The notes under the pieces are model-generated. The model saw nothing but the letters and a program-made list of their open reading frames with translations. It was not told the DNA's origin and made no database searches. Below, one piece after another: positions 1 through 9,640 of a stretch of 64,000 nt of DNA (positions are counted from its first letter, which is position 1; each line of letters opens with the position of its first letter). The position numbers and the translations under genes were made by a program. The stretch covers positions 2,842 to 66,841 of the forward strand of contig JAPKDG010000003.1 of NCBI GenBank assembly GCA_028822645.1. Reading direction: 5' to 3'. Origin of the DNA: Longimicrobiales bacterium. Its GTDB lineage: Bacteria > Gemmatimonadota > Gemmatimonadetes > Longimicrobiales > Gaopeijiaceae.

Positions 1-13
1 AAACTAACTCGAT

Positions 14-661
14 TTGGTTCGGTGCAGATACAAATACCGTGGGGATAGCCAAGCTTCCACCACGGAGGAACCGCGCCGTATCACATTGACTATTAGAATT
101 TTGGGAACAGCGGTCGTCGCAATAGCCATGGCAGGAGCGACGACCGCTAGCATTTCCAACCCTGAGAAGCCACCACCTGGTCATACCGCAGGATTTGGAG
201 AGCCCAGTTGTATCAGTTGCCACCTGGGAAATGATGTGAATGCCTTTGACGGTAGCGTCACAATAGAAGGCTTGCCTGATCGATTTGTCCGAGGAAAACA
301 CTATCCGATCACGGTTGAATTGAAAGCAGAAGAGACCGAAGTTGCAGGATTCCAAATTACAGCGCGCTTCAACGAACCCAATGATCAACGATTTGGAGAA
401 TCAGCTGGTGAGATACACCCAATCAATTCTCGGGTAACCAATACCATCGGTGACAACGGTGTTTCCTACGCCCATCATACACCACAGGGGCTGATAAATT
501 CTTCCAGAGATTCTATCTCATGGTCCATGGAATGGATTGCCCCATCGAAAGGATCCAGTGTAGTCTTCCACGTAGCTGCCAATTCAGGAAATGGCGACAA
601 CTCACCACTGAGCGATCTGGTATACACCTCGAACGAAGTCACGCACCCATCACCTCGATAG
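14..661 (+). CDS. Exported protein with one CxxCH haem-c motif and a beta-sandwich-like body, function unknown
   Basis: 215-aa ORF. Hydrophobic N-terminal segment ILGTAVVAIAMAGATTA. Motif GEPSCISCH. The 3' end overlaps the convergent peptidase gene by 12 nt. The TTG start at 14 is uncertain. Confidence 0.5.
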   Translation: MVRCRYKYRGDSQASTTEEPRRITLTIRILGTAVVAIAMAGATTASISNPEKPPPGHTAGFGEPSCISCHLGNDVNAFDGSVTIEGLPDRFVRGKHYPITVELKAEETEVAGFQITARFNEPNDQRFGESAGEIHPINSRVTNTIGDNGVSYAHHTPQGLINSSRDSISWSMEWIAPSKGSSVVFHVAANSGNGDNSPLSDLVYTSNEVTHPSPR

Positions 662-2050
662 CTGACCGTCTCCAGATAAGAGGATCCATTCCTCCTGGGG
701 ATCGATCAGCCATTCGGCTCCGTCATCGGTGATCACTACCATCTCCTCAACTGAGATCGTCTTCGTGGTGCCATCCTCGCGGGTCCAGCCAAAAAAACCG
801 TCGAAGGCAAACGTCTGGCCGATCCTCAATTCGCGAGCTGCGTCTCCCGAAGGTGGCGAGCCACCCGCTGCTCCACCTAATCGTGGACCTACGTCGTGCG
901 CCCAGTAGCCGACTGGGTGCCCAGTGCTCCATATAATTGGGATTGATCCATGGCGTTGTAGGACTTCGCGCTGCGCTAGGTCTACATCCCATCCCCGCAC
1001 CCCGGGGCGCATCGCGGCCTTTGCGGCCCGGCTTCCTTCTCGGGCGTGCTCCCAGCGAGCCTTTACCTCAGGAGGTGCCCCTGATTCACCTGGCCGCAAC
1101 ACGTAGGCGAAGCGCTGGATATCCGTGACCCACATTCCATGCACACGTATTCCGAAGTCTGTCTGAATCACATCTCCAGGCATGATGACTTTTTCAGTCG
1201 AGTGTGAGTGTCCTCGGTCCGGTCCCGAGTTGACGTTCGGGTTCTGGTGGGGTGCCCATCCGTCGACCACCCCGAGCTCCACCATGCGAGTCTTGAGGAA
1301 TCTTGCCAGATCTGCGTCAGTGGTTTCACCGGGTACGACCTGCTCGTATGCCTCGAGCTCCAGTTGCTCGGTCAGTTTCGCTGCCCTCCGCATGATCTCG
1401 ACCTCTTGGGGCAATTTCACTGACAGCCACTCGATGATGATTTCCTCTGAAGAAACCAGTCGACTGGAGAGCGTTGAGCCCAAAGCTTCTTCAAGTGCCA
1501 TCCGCTGAGTGTAAGAAAGCCCATCTGCGATGTTGCGGTTGCTGTTGTTCACGGCGATTGATCGAGGATTACGATTCCTGAGCTCATCTGCAGCCGCGGC
1601 GTACATACTTGTTCCTCTCGGCACTGAGCGGACATGATCGAGTGGGCTCACCTCAAACAGGGCAGTGGCTTCCGTCTCTGGTGATATCGCTAACGACTCG
1701 AGGTTTCCTTCGGCATCAGCGAAGAAAAGGAAGGCCGCTAAGCCGCCAGCATTTTCAGCTCCAAGGTGGGATGCGATTGGGTCATTTGCATTCTCCCTGG
1801 CGAGTACGATCCAAGCATCTACACCCGCTCTGGCCATAGCGGGTCCGAGCAGTGTACGGATCCGCTCTTGGCGAATGGAGGACCACAAATCGGGGTTGTC
1901 CGGGAAAGGTTGGCCTGTCACCGTTTGCGAGTCGGTCTGAGTGCTTGGAGCAGTACAGCCCGAGATAGCGTAAAGGGCGGTGATTAGGAGCAGGACAGGG
2001 CAGAGCCGTGAAAACATCAGCAATCGTCGTGTACCGGGTTGTTTCGGCAT
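650..2050 (-). CDS. M24-family metallopeptidase (Xaa-Pro aminopeptidase/creatinase fold), lipoprotein
   Basis: 466 aa. Lipobox-like LYAISGC. C-terminal pita-bread motifs HGMWVTDIQR, STGHPVGYWAHD and EEMVVITDDG. Confidence 0.8.
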   Translation of the reverse strand: MPKQPGTRRLLMFSRLCPVLLLITALYAISGCTAPSTQTDSQTVTGQPFPDNPDLWSSIRQERIRTLLGPAMARAGVDAWIVLARENANDPIASHLGAENAGGLAAFLFFADAEGNLESLAISPETEATALFEVSPLDHVRSVPRGTSMYAAAADELRNRNPRSIAVNNSNRNIADGLSYTQRMALEEALGSTLSSRLVSSEEIIIEWLSVKLPQEVEIMRRAAKLTEQLELEAYEQVVPGETTDADLARFLKTRMVELGVVDGWAPHQNPNVNSGPDRGHSHSTEKVIMPGDVIQTDFGIRVHGMWVTDIQRFAYVLRPGESGAPPEVKARWEHAREGSRAAKAAMRPGVRGWDVDLAQREVLQRHGSIPIIWSTGHPVGYWAHDVGPRLGGAAGGSPPSGDAARELRIGQTFAFDGFFGWTREDGTTKTISVEEMVVITDDGAEWLIDPQEEWILLSGDGQLSR

Positions 2051-2051
2051 G

Positions 2052-4094
2052 TTAGAACAACCTCATCGCCACCAAACGTCCTGGACGTCCAACTTGGACC
2101 ACTATATACTGATTTCCTTCGTGGCTATATGTCATCATACCGTACTGTCCAGAGCCTGCCATTTCCACTTCGCCAACATGATCACCAGTCAATTTGTCAT
2201 AAGCATTCAAAACCGGAGGGCCAGCGGAACCTTCGGTAGCGAATAGGAGATCACCAGCTACCATCTGTATTGAACTTCCCCCTCCACCCATCATAGAAAA
2301 ATCTTGGCCCTGCAGATCTGGATGATTCCTTACACTTGCAGACACCTCTCCAATCGGTATCCACCAAAGACGTTCGCCCGTATTCATATCATACGCGGAC
2401 AAACGATTGTACGGTGGCTTGTGAAGGGGAAGACCATTCACTTGACCCATCCCTCCTCCCGGTCCGGCTACCCAGTCCGCAATCGTAGTCCCAGTGGTCA
2501 TCATTCTGTCCGGCTGATCTTGATCAGCTCCCGGTACTACTGTCCCACCTCCGCATCGCCTAGAGTGCGAGGCGTACAAAATCCCTGTAGATGGGTCTAA
2601 TGTAGCTGGATTGGTAATGTTCAGGCCACCATAACATCGAATATTATCCACCACAGCAGAGCTGTGGCCCTGAGGAAGTCTCGGCAGGTAAGGGCCACCC
2701 ACACGGTAACCACTTATGATTTCCAGAGCTTGTCCTCTTAACTCTGGAGTGAAATCTATCACATCTTCCACAGATAAACCTAAAGGTTCAAAAGGTTCTG
2801 GCCGTGTAGGAATAGGTTGAGTCGCAGCCGTCCAGTTGCCAGGAACTTCTGTTTGCAAAACTTCCATTTCTTCAATTGGCCATACTGGCTCGCCTGTTTC
2901 CCTATTGAAAGTAAACACCAAACCTTGTTTGGTAGTTTGGATGACCGCGGGTACTTCCTCTCCGTCAACCTCCAAGTCTACAATTAAGGGAACGTTAGGA
3001 AGATCGTAATTCCATTCATCACTGTGCACCGTTTGGAAATGCCAAATTCTTTCCCCACTTTCAACGTCTAGTGCGATTACAGTAGTGCCGAAAAGATTAT
3101 TGCCTGGACGAAATCCTCCGAAGTAATCAATCGTCGGTGGGTTAGTAGGAATATAGACAATACCTCTATCGTAATCCGCAGACATCGGGGCCCAAGAAGA
3201 GACGTCTCCAGTCCATTTCCAAGCGTCATTCAACCATGTTTCATTGCCCACTTCCCCCGCCCTGGGAATGACATGAAATTTCCACTTAAAGTCTCCTGTT
3301 TCCGCATCAAATCCGAGTATGTCACCGGGGACGTTTTCGATGCGTGTCTGATTGTACCCTTGTTCCGCTGAATTTCCGATTACAACAGTTCCATTGACCA
3401 CAATTGCCGGAGAGGAATTAGTTATGTAACCCAGTTCTCTAGGAATCCCGAAATCAGGATCATATGGCTGATCAAATTCATGCCAAGGAGCCCAGTCTGC
3501 CACTAGATCAGGAATTAAATCGACCACTCCACTCTTAGGAAAACCCTCCAAGGGAACTGGAGATCCAAAATTTTCTATTGGAATCCCAGTCTTGGCATCC
3601 AAAGCATGCAAAAAGAATGCTGGAGATACATAGTAGATGACGCCCCTGTTATCAATTTCACCGTAAGCAACTCCTTTCCCATAATTCTTTCTCATCGAAC
3701 GTTCCCAGCGGGTCGTATTCGGCTCCCTATACGTCCACAGAGTCTCCCCTGTTTCTGGGTCGATAGCCACTACCGTCCTCCTCTCACCAGCCACAGTATA
3801 GAGAATACCGTCAATATAGGTCGGCGTTGATTTCATTTGATAATCAGCTTCAGGACCGAAATTATCCGCCCTCCAGACCCAAGCTTCTTCCAAATCCCCA
3901 AAATTATCAGCGTTGATCTGATCTACAGGAGAGTAACGAGTCCCCCAAGCGTCTCCACTCTGATATCGCCATTCACCGTAGGGATTTTGTCTATTCTGTC
4001 CCTGAGCAGATAGCGGAGAGATAGAGGTTAGTAACACAGCGACAAGTAACGTTAGTTGTTTGATACTCAGCTTTTCCTGCAATGAATTTATCAT
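2052..4094 (-). CDS. PQQ-dependent dehydrogenase (quinoprotein beta-propeller, glucose/quinate/alcohol dehydrogenase family)
   Basis: 680 aa with a signal peptide ending SAQG. N-terminal WRYQSGDAWGTRYSPVDQINADNFGDLEEAW is typical of PQQ propellers, and W-containing blade repeats recur. Its stop lies 1 nt from the start of the next gene. Confidence 0.8.
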   Translation of the reverse strand: MINSLQEKLSIKQLTLLVAVLLTSISPLSAQGQNRQNPYGEWRYQSGDAWGTRYSPVDQINADNFGDLEEAWVWRADNFGPEADYQMKSTPTYIDGILYTVAGERRTVVAIDPETGETLWTYREPNTTRWERSMRKNYGKGVAYGEIDNRGVIYYVSPAFFLHALDAKTGIPIENFGSPVPLEGFPKSGVVDLIPDLVADWAPWHEFDQPYDPDFGIPRELGYITNSSPAIVVNGTVVIGNSAEQGYNQTRIENVPGDILGFDAETGDFKWKFHVIPRAGEVGNETWLNDAWKWTGDVSSWAPMSADYDRGIVYIPTNPPTIDYFGGFRPGNNLFGTTVIALDVESGERIWHFQTVHSDEWNYDLPNVPLIVDLEVDGEEVPAVIQTTKQGLVFTFNRETGEPVWPIEEMEVLQTEVPGNWTAATQPIPTRPEPFEPLGLSVEDVIDFTPELRGQALEIISGYRVGGPYLPRLPQGHSSAVVDNIRCYGGLNITNPATLDPSTGILYASHSRRCGGGTVVPGADQDQPDRMMTTGTTIADWVAGPGGGMGQVNGLPLHKPPYNRLSAYDMNTGERLWWIPIGEVSASVRNHPDLQGQDFSMMGGGGSSIQMVAGDLLFATEGSAGPPVLNAYDKLTGDHVGEVEMAGSGQYGMMTYSHEGNQYIVVQVGRPGRLVAMRLF

Positions 4095-4222
4095 AGTTCC
4101 CCGACCAGCTAGAGCCCGAAACGAACTGTAATCCTCAAAAGATAGATTAGTACTACAAGAATGACTCGGCTAGTAGTTTATGAATAGGGGATGAACCACT
4201 CTTTTCATCTGTCCGACTATTC

Positions 4223-5152
4223 TCAATCTGTCCGAAACCTTGAAAGGGCTAACCTGAATCCAATGAAAGGACGTTTGACCCCGGGATCAGCTGCACCACG
4301 AGTAGCAGAGCGAACATACCTTTCTGTGTCGGCAAAAGAACCTCCTCGCATCACCCACAGAGCATCTCTTCCCAAATCTACATTTAGAAAATTTGATGTA
4401 TTTGTGATAGGATAATCGCGGTATGAACTTCTGGTCCACTCCCAAACATTTCCACTCATATCAGAAAGGCCATAAACACATTCCGTGCATGCTGAACTCC
4501 CTACTCGCACTGTCTCTTGAGTCCTAAAATTGCCACTGTCATCTCTGAGCTCATCGCCCCACGGATAACGTCGTCCATCTTTTCCTCGGGCCGCTTTTTC
4601 CCACTCCATCTCACTAGGCAAAGAAACCATCCACCCTTCTTCCAAGAGATCTCTAAGTTTTGATGGAACTTCCGACCAGCTCCTCAATTTCTCATCAACC
4701 CACAGAGCGTAAGCGATAGCATCGGGCCATGAAACTCCTGAGACGGGATGTTCGAGGGACTCTCCCGAAATATTCAAAGGATAGCCAGTTTCTTTCTTGA
4801 ATTCCCTGAATTGGCCTATCGTAACTTCGTAACGACCCATATAAAATTCTGGTAGTTCTCGAATTTGCTTAGGGCTTTTATCGGGCCAGATTTCATTAGG
4901 GAAAAAAAGTGAGTCTCTTAGGGGATCGGATCCCATCAGGAAGTCTCCTTCTTCAACCCTAACAAACCCCAAAAGTGAATCATTCGGGAGAAAACCAACA
5001 CTCTGTAAAAACCGACTTGTAGATTCTGGTTCACTGTAATCTATAGCTTCTGAAAAATTTGCCTCTCTAGTATTGGACCAAAATGAACTGGAGAGCCAAA
5101 TCGTAGCCACAATCGAAGTGGCCAAAAGAAAAAATAGTGGTCTCATCGACAT
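4223..5152 (-). CDS. Formylglycine-generating-enzyme (SUMF1/FGE-sulfatase) domain protein
   Basis: 309 aa with an N-terminal TM/signal. Motifs GDFLMGS, YEVTIGQFREF, NVWEWT and RGGSF match the FGE-sulfatase domain. Confidence 0.75.
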   Translation of the reverse strand: MSMRPLFFLLATSIVATIWLSSSFWSNTREANFSEAIDYSEPESTSRFLQSVGFLPNDSLLGFVRVEEGDFLMGSDPLRDSLFFPNEIWPDKSPKQIRELPEFYMGRYEVTIGQFREFKKETGYPLNISGESLEHPVSGVSWPDAIAYALWVDEKLRSWSEVPSKLRDLLEEGWMVSLPSEMEWEKAARGKDGRRYPWGDELRDDSGNFRTQETVRVGSSACTECVYGLSDMSGNVWEWTRSSYRDYPITNTSNFLNVDLGRDALWVMRGGSFADTERYVRSATRGAADPGVKRPFIGFRLALSRFRTD

Positions 5153-5186
5153 AATTCAAATGTCCTCATTCCACTACTAGAAAAGG

Positions 5187-6809
5187 TCATGAAGATGCCG
5201 ACACCTTCTCGCAGGCGAATTGCCAATCGTGGTCACAGGCCCTGTTGTACAAATCTCCCTCAGACATTCCTAGCAAGTTTCTCCCTCCCTCTCGCAGAAT
5301 AAGTCTGAGGTCAATTATTTTTGGAGGCGACCGCTGTAGTTGTCTATGAGGGAGAAGATTTAAACAAGCCGCCTGGAACCGTACCTGACATGCTCGAGAA
5401 AAATATGTGAAAGCAAGCTCTGGATCAGCCGAAGTCAGAATGCCTTCGGAAAAATGGATTCCCAGTTCGTTACAAGCCCACCCAGAATTGTCTGCACAAT
5501 AAGTTCTCTTTAGTTCCAACAGCCTTTTACAGGCTTTCTCATTGCCAGAATTACAAGTTTCTTGCCAAAAGGGCATGCTATCTCCCGGATGCATGCTGTC
5601 AGTCCTACCCATGATCGACATTACTACAAACACAATGACCCACAGTGCCATGTGAAACCCATTTTGTTTCACAGCCAAAGATTCTGTCACAGAAAAACTG
5701 GATCTCACTCTTGCCACCACTCGACTGGCAAGCTTGTCGATCCTTTCCACACTAAGGTTCAATAGTGGAACACAGAGAAGTTTGTCGTAAAAAGTGGGGA
5801 CACCCAAAAACCCCAACAAGCTATACAACCCAAAAACTCCCAAACCATAAAATCCTCCGAAAAAAACTTTACCCAATTGAGTTTTAGGAGAAGTCGAAGG
5901 GTCTGTTACTAGAAGTAGTAGGCCCAAGAAAACGGCAGTCGGAATTTCAGAATCGACAAAATACGGTACTCCTGACCATCCCGAATAAATCGCACTCAGC
6001 AAAAACAATGTCGCGGCAGCTGAACCTGCCACGAGTGTAATAGAGAAAAAATACATGACCACAAGCCCAACTGAAAACAGAAAGAGATAAATATTTGGAG
6101 CAAGGCTCAAAGTCGAAGCAATCTGTTGACCCCAGCTTATGTCCGTAGCACCCGTTGCCAACAACCCTAGCGAGAATAAACCCAAAGAGAAGGCAGAAGG
6201 ATTAAAAATATGTACCCTTTTTCCTCCCCTATTCCACCGGACAAACTCCTTACCTAAAAAGCCAACTGCGATCATTAGGAATTGGAGATAGAACCAGTCA
6301 TCCTTAAACCACAAAAATAAATTGGTACTAAGAATTATGGGGAACGGGCCAAAGCCTAAGACATACTTTTTCTGACGAGACCAGGAAAGTAAAATATCAA
6401 ATCCATATGCAAACAGTAGTTGGCCCAACATGATCCAAAACATCCCATAGACTGGACGCCAATACTGTCCCCAGTAAACAAAGACGGATAACTGCACTAA
6501 TGCCTGTATGTAATGTTGCGATCTCACCTCTACTTTAAACGCAGGAACAATGGCTGTTCTCTTCACTCGGATGAACAACCACAATTGCCAGATTAAAAGT
6601 ACGAAAGCAGCCCCCAGAAAAGATTGCACCAGCATTTGGTTCCCATTCAGCCGAGGTAGGGTTACCAGGCTAATTAAGGCCACTGTCAGTACTAAGGGTA
6701 GATAAAGATGCCTATTACTAGGACTCTTTTCACCAGCTCTCGAATCCTTCTCGTCTAGGGAGGCTCTCTTGTGGCGACTCCTTAAAGTCCGCCGTCTTGA
6801 CGATACCAT
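5187..6809 (-). CDS. Polytopic membrane protein (RnfD/NqrB-like core) fused to a C-terminal Cys-rich Sel1/Hcp-like repeat domain
   Basis: 540 aa with about 10 predicted TM segments. HIFNPSAF and LLLVTDPSTSP resemble RnfD/NqrB motifs. The C-terminal ~130 aa contains paired Cys repeats (CNELGIHFSEG...FSRACQVRFQAAC). Confidence 0.5.
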   Translation of the reverse strand: MVSSRRRTLRSRHKRASLDEKDSRAGEKSPSNRHLYLPLVLTVALISLVTLPRLNGNQMLVQSFLGAAFVLLIWQLWLFIRVKRTAIVPAFKVEVRSQHYIQALVQLSVFVYWGQYWRPVYGMFWIMLGQLLFAYGFDILLSWSRQKKYVLGFGPFPIILSTNLFLWFKDDWFYLQFLMIAVGFLGKEFVRWNRGGKRVHIFNPSAFSLGLFSLGLLATGATDISWGQQIASTLSLAPNIYLFLFSVGLVVMYFFSITLVAGSAAATLFLLSAIYSGWSGVPYFVDSEIPTAVFLGLLLLVTDPSTSPKTQLGKVFFGGFYGLGVFGLYSLLGFLGVPTFYDKLLCVPLLNLSVERIDKLASRVVARVRSSFSVTESLAVKQNGFHMALWVIVFVVMSIMGRTDSMHPGDSMPFWQETCNSGNEKACKRLLELKRTYCADNSGWACNELGIHFSEGILTSADPELAFTYFSRACQVRFQAACLNLLPHRQLQRSPPKIIDLRLILREGGRNLLGMSEGDLYNRACDHDWQFACEKVSASS

Positions 6810-6849
6810 AACTATCTCTTTAGAAAGTGCCCTGCTAAGTATCTAATAA

Positions 6850-8628
6850 TCACTGCCAATTCCTTGGGTTTTGCACCCCCAAACTCATTGCTCCGGGTCG
6901 CCGTGGATCCGAATAACCATAGTAAAGTTCACCGTCAAAGAGCACGGTCTGCAAACTGCCCATGCCTGCACTAAACCTCAGATTGTGTCCACGTCCGGTA
7001 AGAATTCTTAAAGCGTCAGGGCTAAACCCACTCTCCACTTCTAGTCGGTCAGGATACCACTGGTGATGAATCCGAGGCGCAGCCGTTGCATCAGCAATGT
7101 TCATGCCATGTTCCAACACGTTTACTAGTAATTGAAGATTGGTGGTTATAATCTTACTTCCCCCAGGACTCCCAGTCAGCAAAAAAGGAACTCCATCTCT
7201 TAGAACCATAAGTGGAGTCATAGAGCTCACTGGTCTCCTCCCAGGCATAATCTGATTGTCAACACTGCCCATTAATCCGAAAGGGTCAGGTATATCTGGG
7301 CGAAGAGTAAAGTTGCCCATATTGTTGTTCATGAGAAAGCCAAGGCCTTCAACTACCACCCCAGAGCCATATGATGCCATCAAAGTATACGTATTCACTA
7401 CTGCATTACCTTGCTCGTCGAGAATTGAATAATTGGTGGTCTCAGCGCTCTCATAGGGAGAGAGGTCACCCGGGAGGATGTCATCTGAGGACCGAGCATT
7501 CTCCATTGAGATTCCCTCTGCTAAATGCTTAGCGTATACTTTGCTTGTGAGCTTCTCCACAGGAATATCTAGATAATCTGGATCCCCTAGATATTTTGAA
7601 CGATCAGCATATGCTAGTTTCATCGATTCAGTCATGATGTGCATCGCATCTGCGCTTCCATATCCCAGATCCCGAATGGGGAAATTTTCCAGAATATTGA
7701 GCATTTGCACGATAGCCATCCCCCCAGAACTCGGAGCTGACATTGCTGCAATATTGAAATTTCGAAACGTTCCTCTTACGGGTTCTCGCTCTACAACGCT
7801 ATAATTCTTGAGATCTTCCATGGTTATCAGACCATTGTGGTTGTTCATGCCTTCAATCAACCGCTTTGCGATCTCACCTTGATAAAATGTCTCTGCCCCA
7901 TGGGTTTTCAGTTGGTCGAGTGTCCAGGCAAGCTGAGGCTGTTGAAAAATCTCCCCCACCTCATACTCTTGACCATCGGGCTTATAGAAAATAGAAGCTG
8001 CCACTGGGTTCATCATCAACCTGGATTTACTCACCCGAAGGTTATTAGCAAGATCCTCAGTAACCGGAAAACCTTCTCGAGCCAGTCTCAGTGCAGGCTC
8101 AACAAGATCAGCCCATTCCATCGTTCCATATCTGCGTAAGATGTGATCAAGCCCTGCTATTGTTCCTGGGATAGCAGAAGATTTGTGGGTAGACCGATAT
8201 TCTGTATTATCGACTTCCCCATCAGATCCAAAAAACATGTCAGGACTAGAAAGTGCTGGCGCCGTCTCTCTAAAATCTATAGCCACCGTACGTTGCTCAC
8301 CGGCAATGTGAACCAGCATGAATCCGCCTCCACCCAAATTTCCGGCCCTGGGCAGGGTGACCGCTAGAGTCAATCCCACCGCTACAGCAGCATCAACAGC
8401 ATTCCCACCATTTTCAAGGATTTCCACTCCTACCCTTGTGGCAGCCGCATTTTGACTGGAAACCATTCCCTTATGACCAACGACGGGATGGTGTATGGCA
8501 TTGTACTCATTGATCACTGAAGATTGTCCGATATTCGTCTGACTCTGGCCACTAGTTGGCCAAACTGACAACACCAACGAAACGCTCAATACAACTTTGA
8601 TGCTACAATGTGCTGACCTAGTAATCAT
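6850..8628 (-). CDS. ggt: Gamma-glutamyltransferase
   Basis: 592 aa with a signal peptide. Autoprocessing/nucleophile region AETTNYSILDEQGNAVVNTYTL. Downstream GSPGGSKIITT motif. Confidence 0.9.
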   Translation of the reverse strand: MITRSAHCSIKVVLSVSLVLSVWPTSGQSQTNIGQSSVINEYNAIHHPVVGHKGMVSSQNAAATRVGVEILENGGNAVDAAVAVGLTLAVTLPRAGNLGGGGFMLVHIAGEQRTVAIDFRETAPALSSPDMFFGSDGEVDNTEYRSTHKSSAIPGTIAGLDHILRRYGTMEWADLVEPALRLAREGFPVTEDLANNLRVSKSRLMMNPVAASIFYKPDGQEYEVGEIFQQPQLAWTLDQLKTHGAETFYQGEIAKRLIEGMNNHNGLITMEDLKNYSVVEREPVRGTFRNFNIAAMSAPSSGGMAIVQMLNILENFPIRDLGYGSADAMHIMTESMKLAYADRSKYLGDPDYLDIPVEKLTSKVYAKHLAEGISMENARSSDDILPGDLSPYESAETTNYSILDEQGNAVVNTYTLMASYGSGVVVEGLGFLMNNNMGNFTLRPDIPDPFGLMGSVDNQIMPGRRPVSSMTPLMVLRDGVPFLLTGSPGGSKIITTNLQLLVNVLEHGMNIADATAAPRIHHQWYPDRLEVESGFSPDALRILTGRGHNLRFSAGMGSLQTVLFDGELYYGYSDPRRPGAMSLGVQNPRNWQ

Positions 8629-8661
8629 CTACTATTCCCCATGTTATCGCCTATACTGGAA

Positions 8662-9144
8662 TTATTGCTTAGGAGGTCCAGCTGGATGCATCTGACAATC
8701 GGGTGGCTGAAGACTATTCCAGATGAGCCCAACTATTTTCCATTCATCATCCAATTTACGAAGCTGGAAAGCATCTATGCCACAATGGCTAAATTCGCCA
8801 TTTCTATAAAAATCATAGGGCGTCCAAACAGATGCGATGCCTCCGTCAATCGATACCTCAGGGCTCCACATTCTCTCAACCATCAACTCTTCTCTTTCAG
8901 GAAAACCTTTTGCATATTCCTCTACCAAGCGGCCGTTCATATAAGCCCCCGGAAGCATCACGCTGCTTAGCAATTCCGCATCCGCATTTCCTATAGCATC
9001 CAGCACTTTCTGCGTAGCATCAAGAACAGCCGCACGCTCAGAATGATCCTTCTCAGCTTGAGCATTTTCTCCAACTCCGGAGCATGACTGCATTAGCAAT
9101 AAACAGTTTATCATTAAGGTGATTCTGAAGTAGTTTCGCATCAC
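8662..9144 (-). CDS. NTF2/SnoaL-like (DUF4440-type) lipoprotein
   Basis: 160 aa. Lipobox LLMQSC. The ASVWTPYDFYRNGEFSHCGIDAFQLRKLDDEWKI pattern is typical of the NTF2-like fold. Confidence 0.55.
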   Translation of the reverse strand: MMRNYFRITLMINCLLLMQSCSGVGENAQAEKDHSERAAVLDATQKVLDAIGNADAELLSSVMLPGAYMNGRLVEEYAKGFPEREELMVERMWSPEVSIDGGIASVWTPYDFYRNGEFSHCGIDAFQLRKLDDEWKIVGLIWNSLQPPDCQMHPAGPPKQ

Positions 9145-9148
9145 TCAG

Positions 9149-9640
9149 TCAATCCGTTGGACATGGATCATATGATCGGGATTCACCATGTTCGATCCAA
9201 CTGCCACACTTGTAACCCAAATCATAGTTCCCCCTATGCGTCAACCGGTACAATCTGAATGCATATTCCTCTGACAAGCCGTGCCGCCTACCATTTCTCA
9301 TCATACCTTTTTCTAGTATGAAACCATTCTTATAATAATACTCAAATGGTCCGTGCCTTTGACCACCCCGATAGGTATCCAGAAACCCCAGTTGGTTGTT
9401 TTCAAAAAACCACTCAAACACTCCATGTCTGAGCCCGTCCCTTAGTGTCCCAAATTCCTTAGTGCCTCGGTTGGGATCAGTAATGACGACCGAACCAGAA
9501 TAAGGCTGTCCATACTCGTGGGTGAGGTAGACCTCTCCATCCAAAAAGAGCGAAGACAGGTCTCTCAGACTCTGTGCCCAAACACTACTCGCCTGAGCTG
9601 TGAAAATGACTAATGCTCCCACAATCAACTTATACTTCAT
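9149..9640 (-). CDS. MORN-variant repeat (YwqK-like) exported protein, paralogue 1 of 3
   Basis: 163 aa with a signal peptide ending VWAQ. Repeats of the YxNGxxxGxxxxY type (GTLRDGLRHG, YYYKNGFILEKG). C-terminal CGSWIEHGESRSYDPCP. Its start overlaps the upstream gene's stop (TAATG). Confidence 0.7.
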   Translation of the reverse strand: MKYKLIVGALVIFTAQASSVWAQSLRDLSSLFLDGEVYLTHEYGQPYSGSVVITDPNRGTKEFGTLRDGLRHGVFEWFFENNQLGFLDTYRGGQRHGPFEYYYKNGFILEKGMMRNGRRHGLSEEYAFRLYRLTHRGNYDLGYKCGSWIEHGESRSYDPCPTD

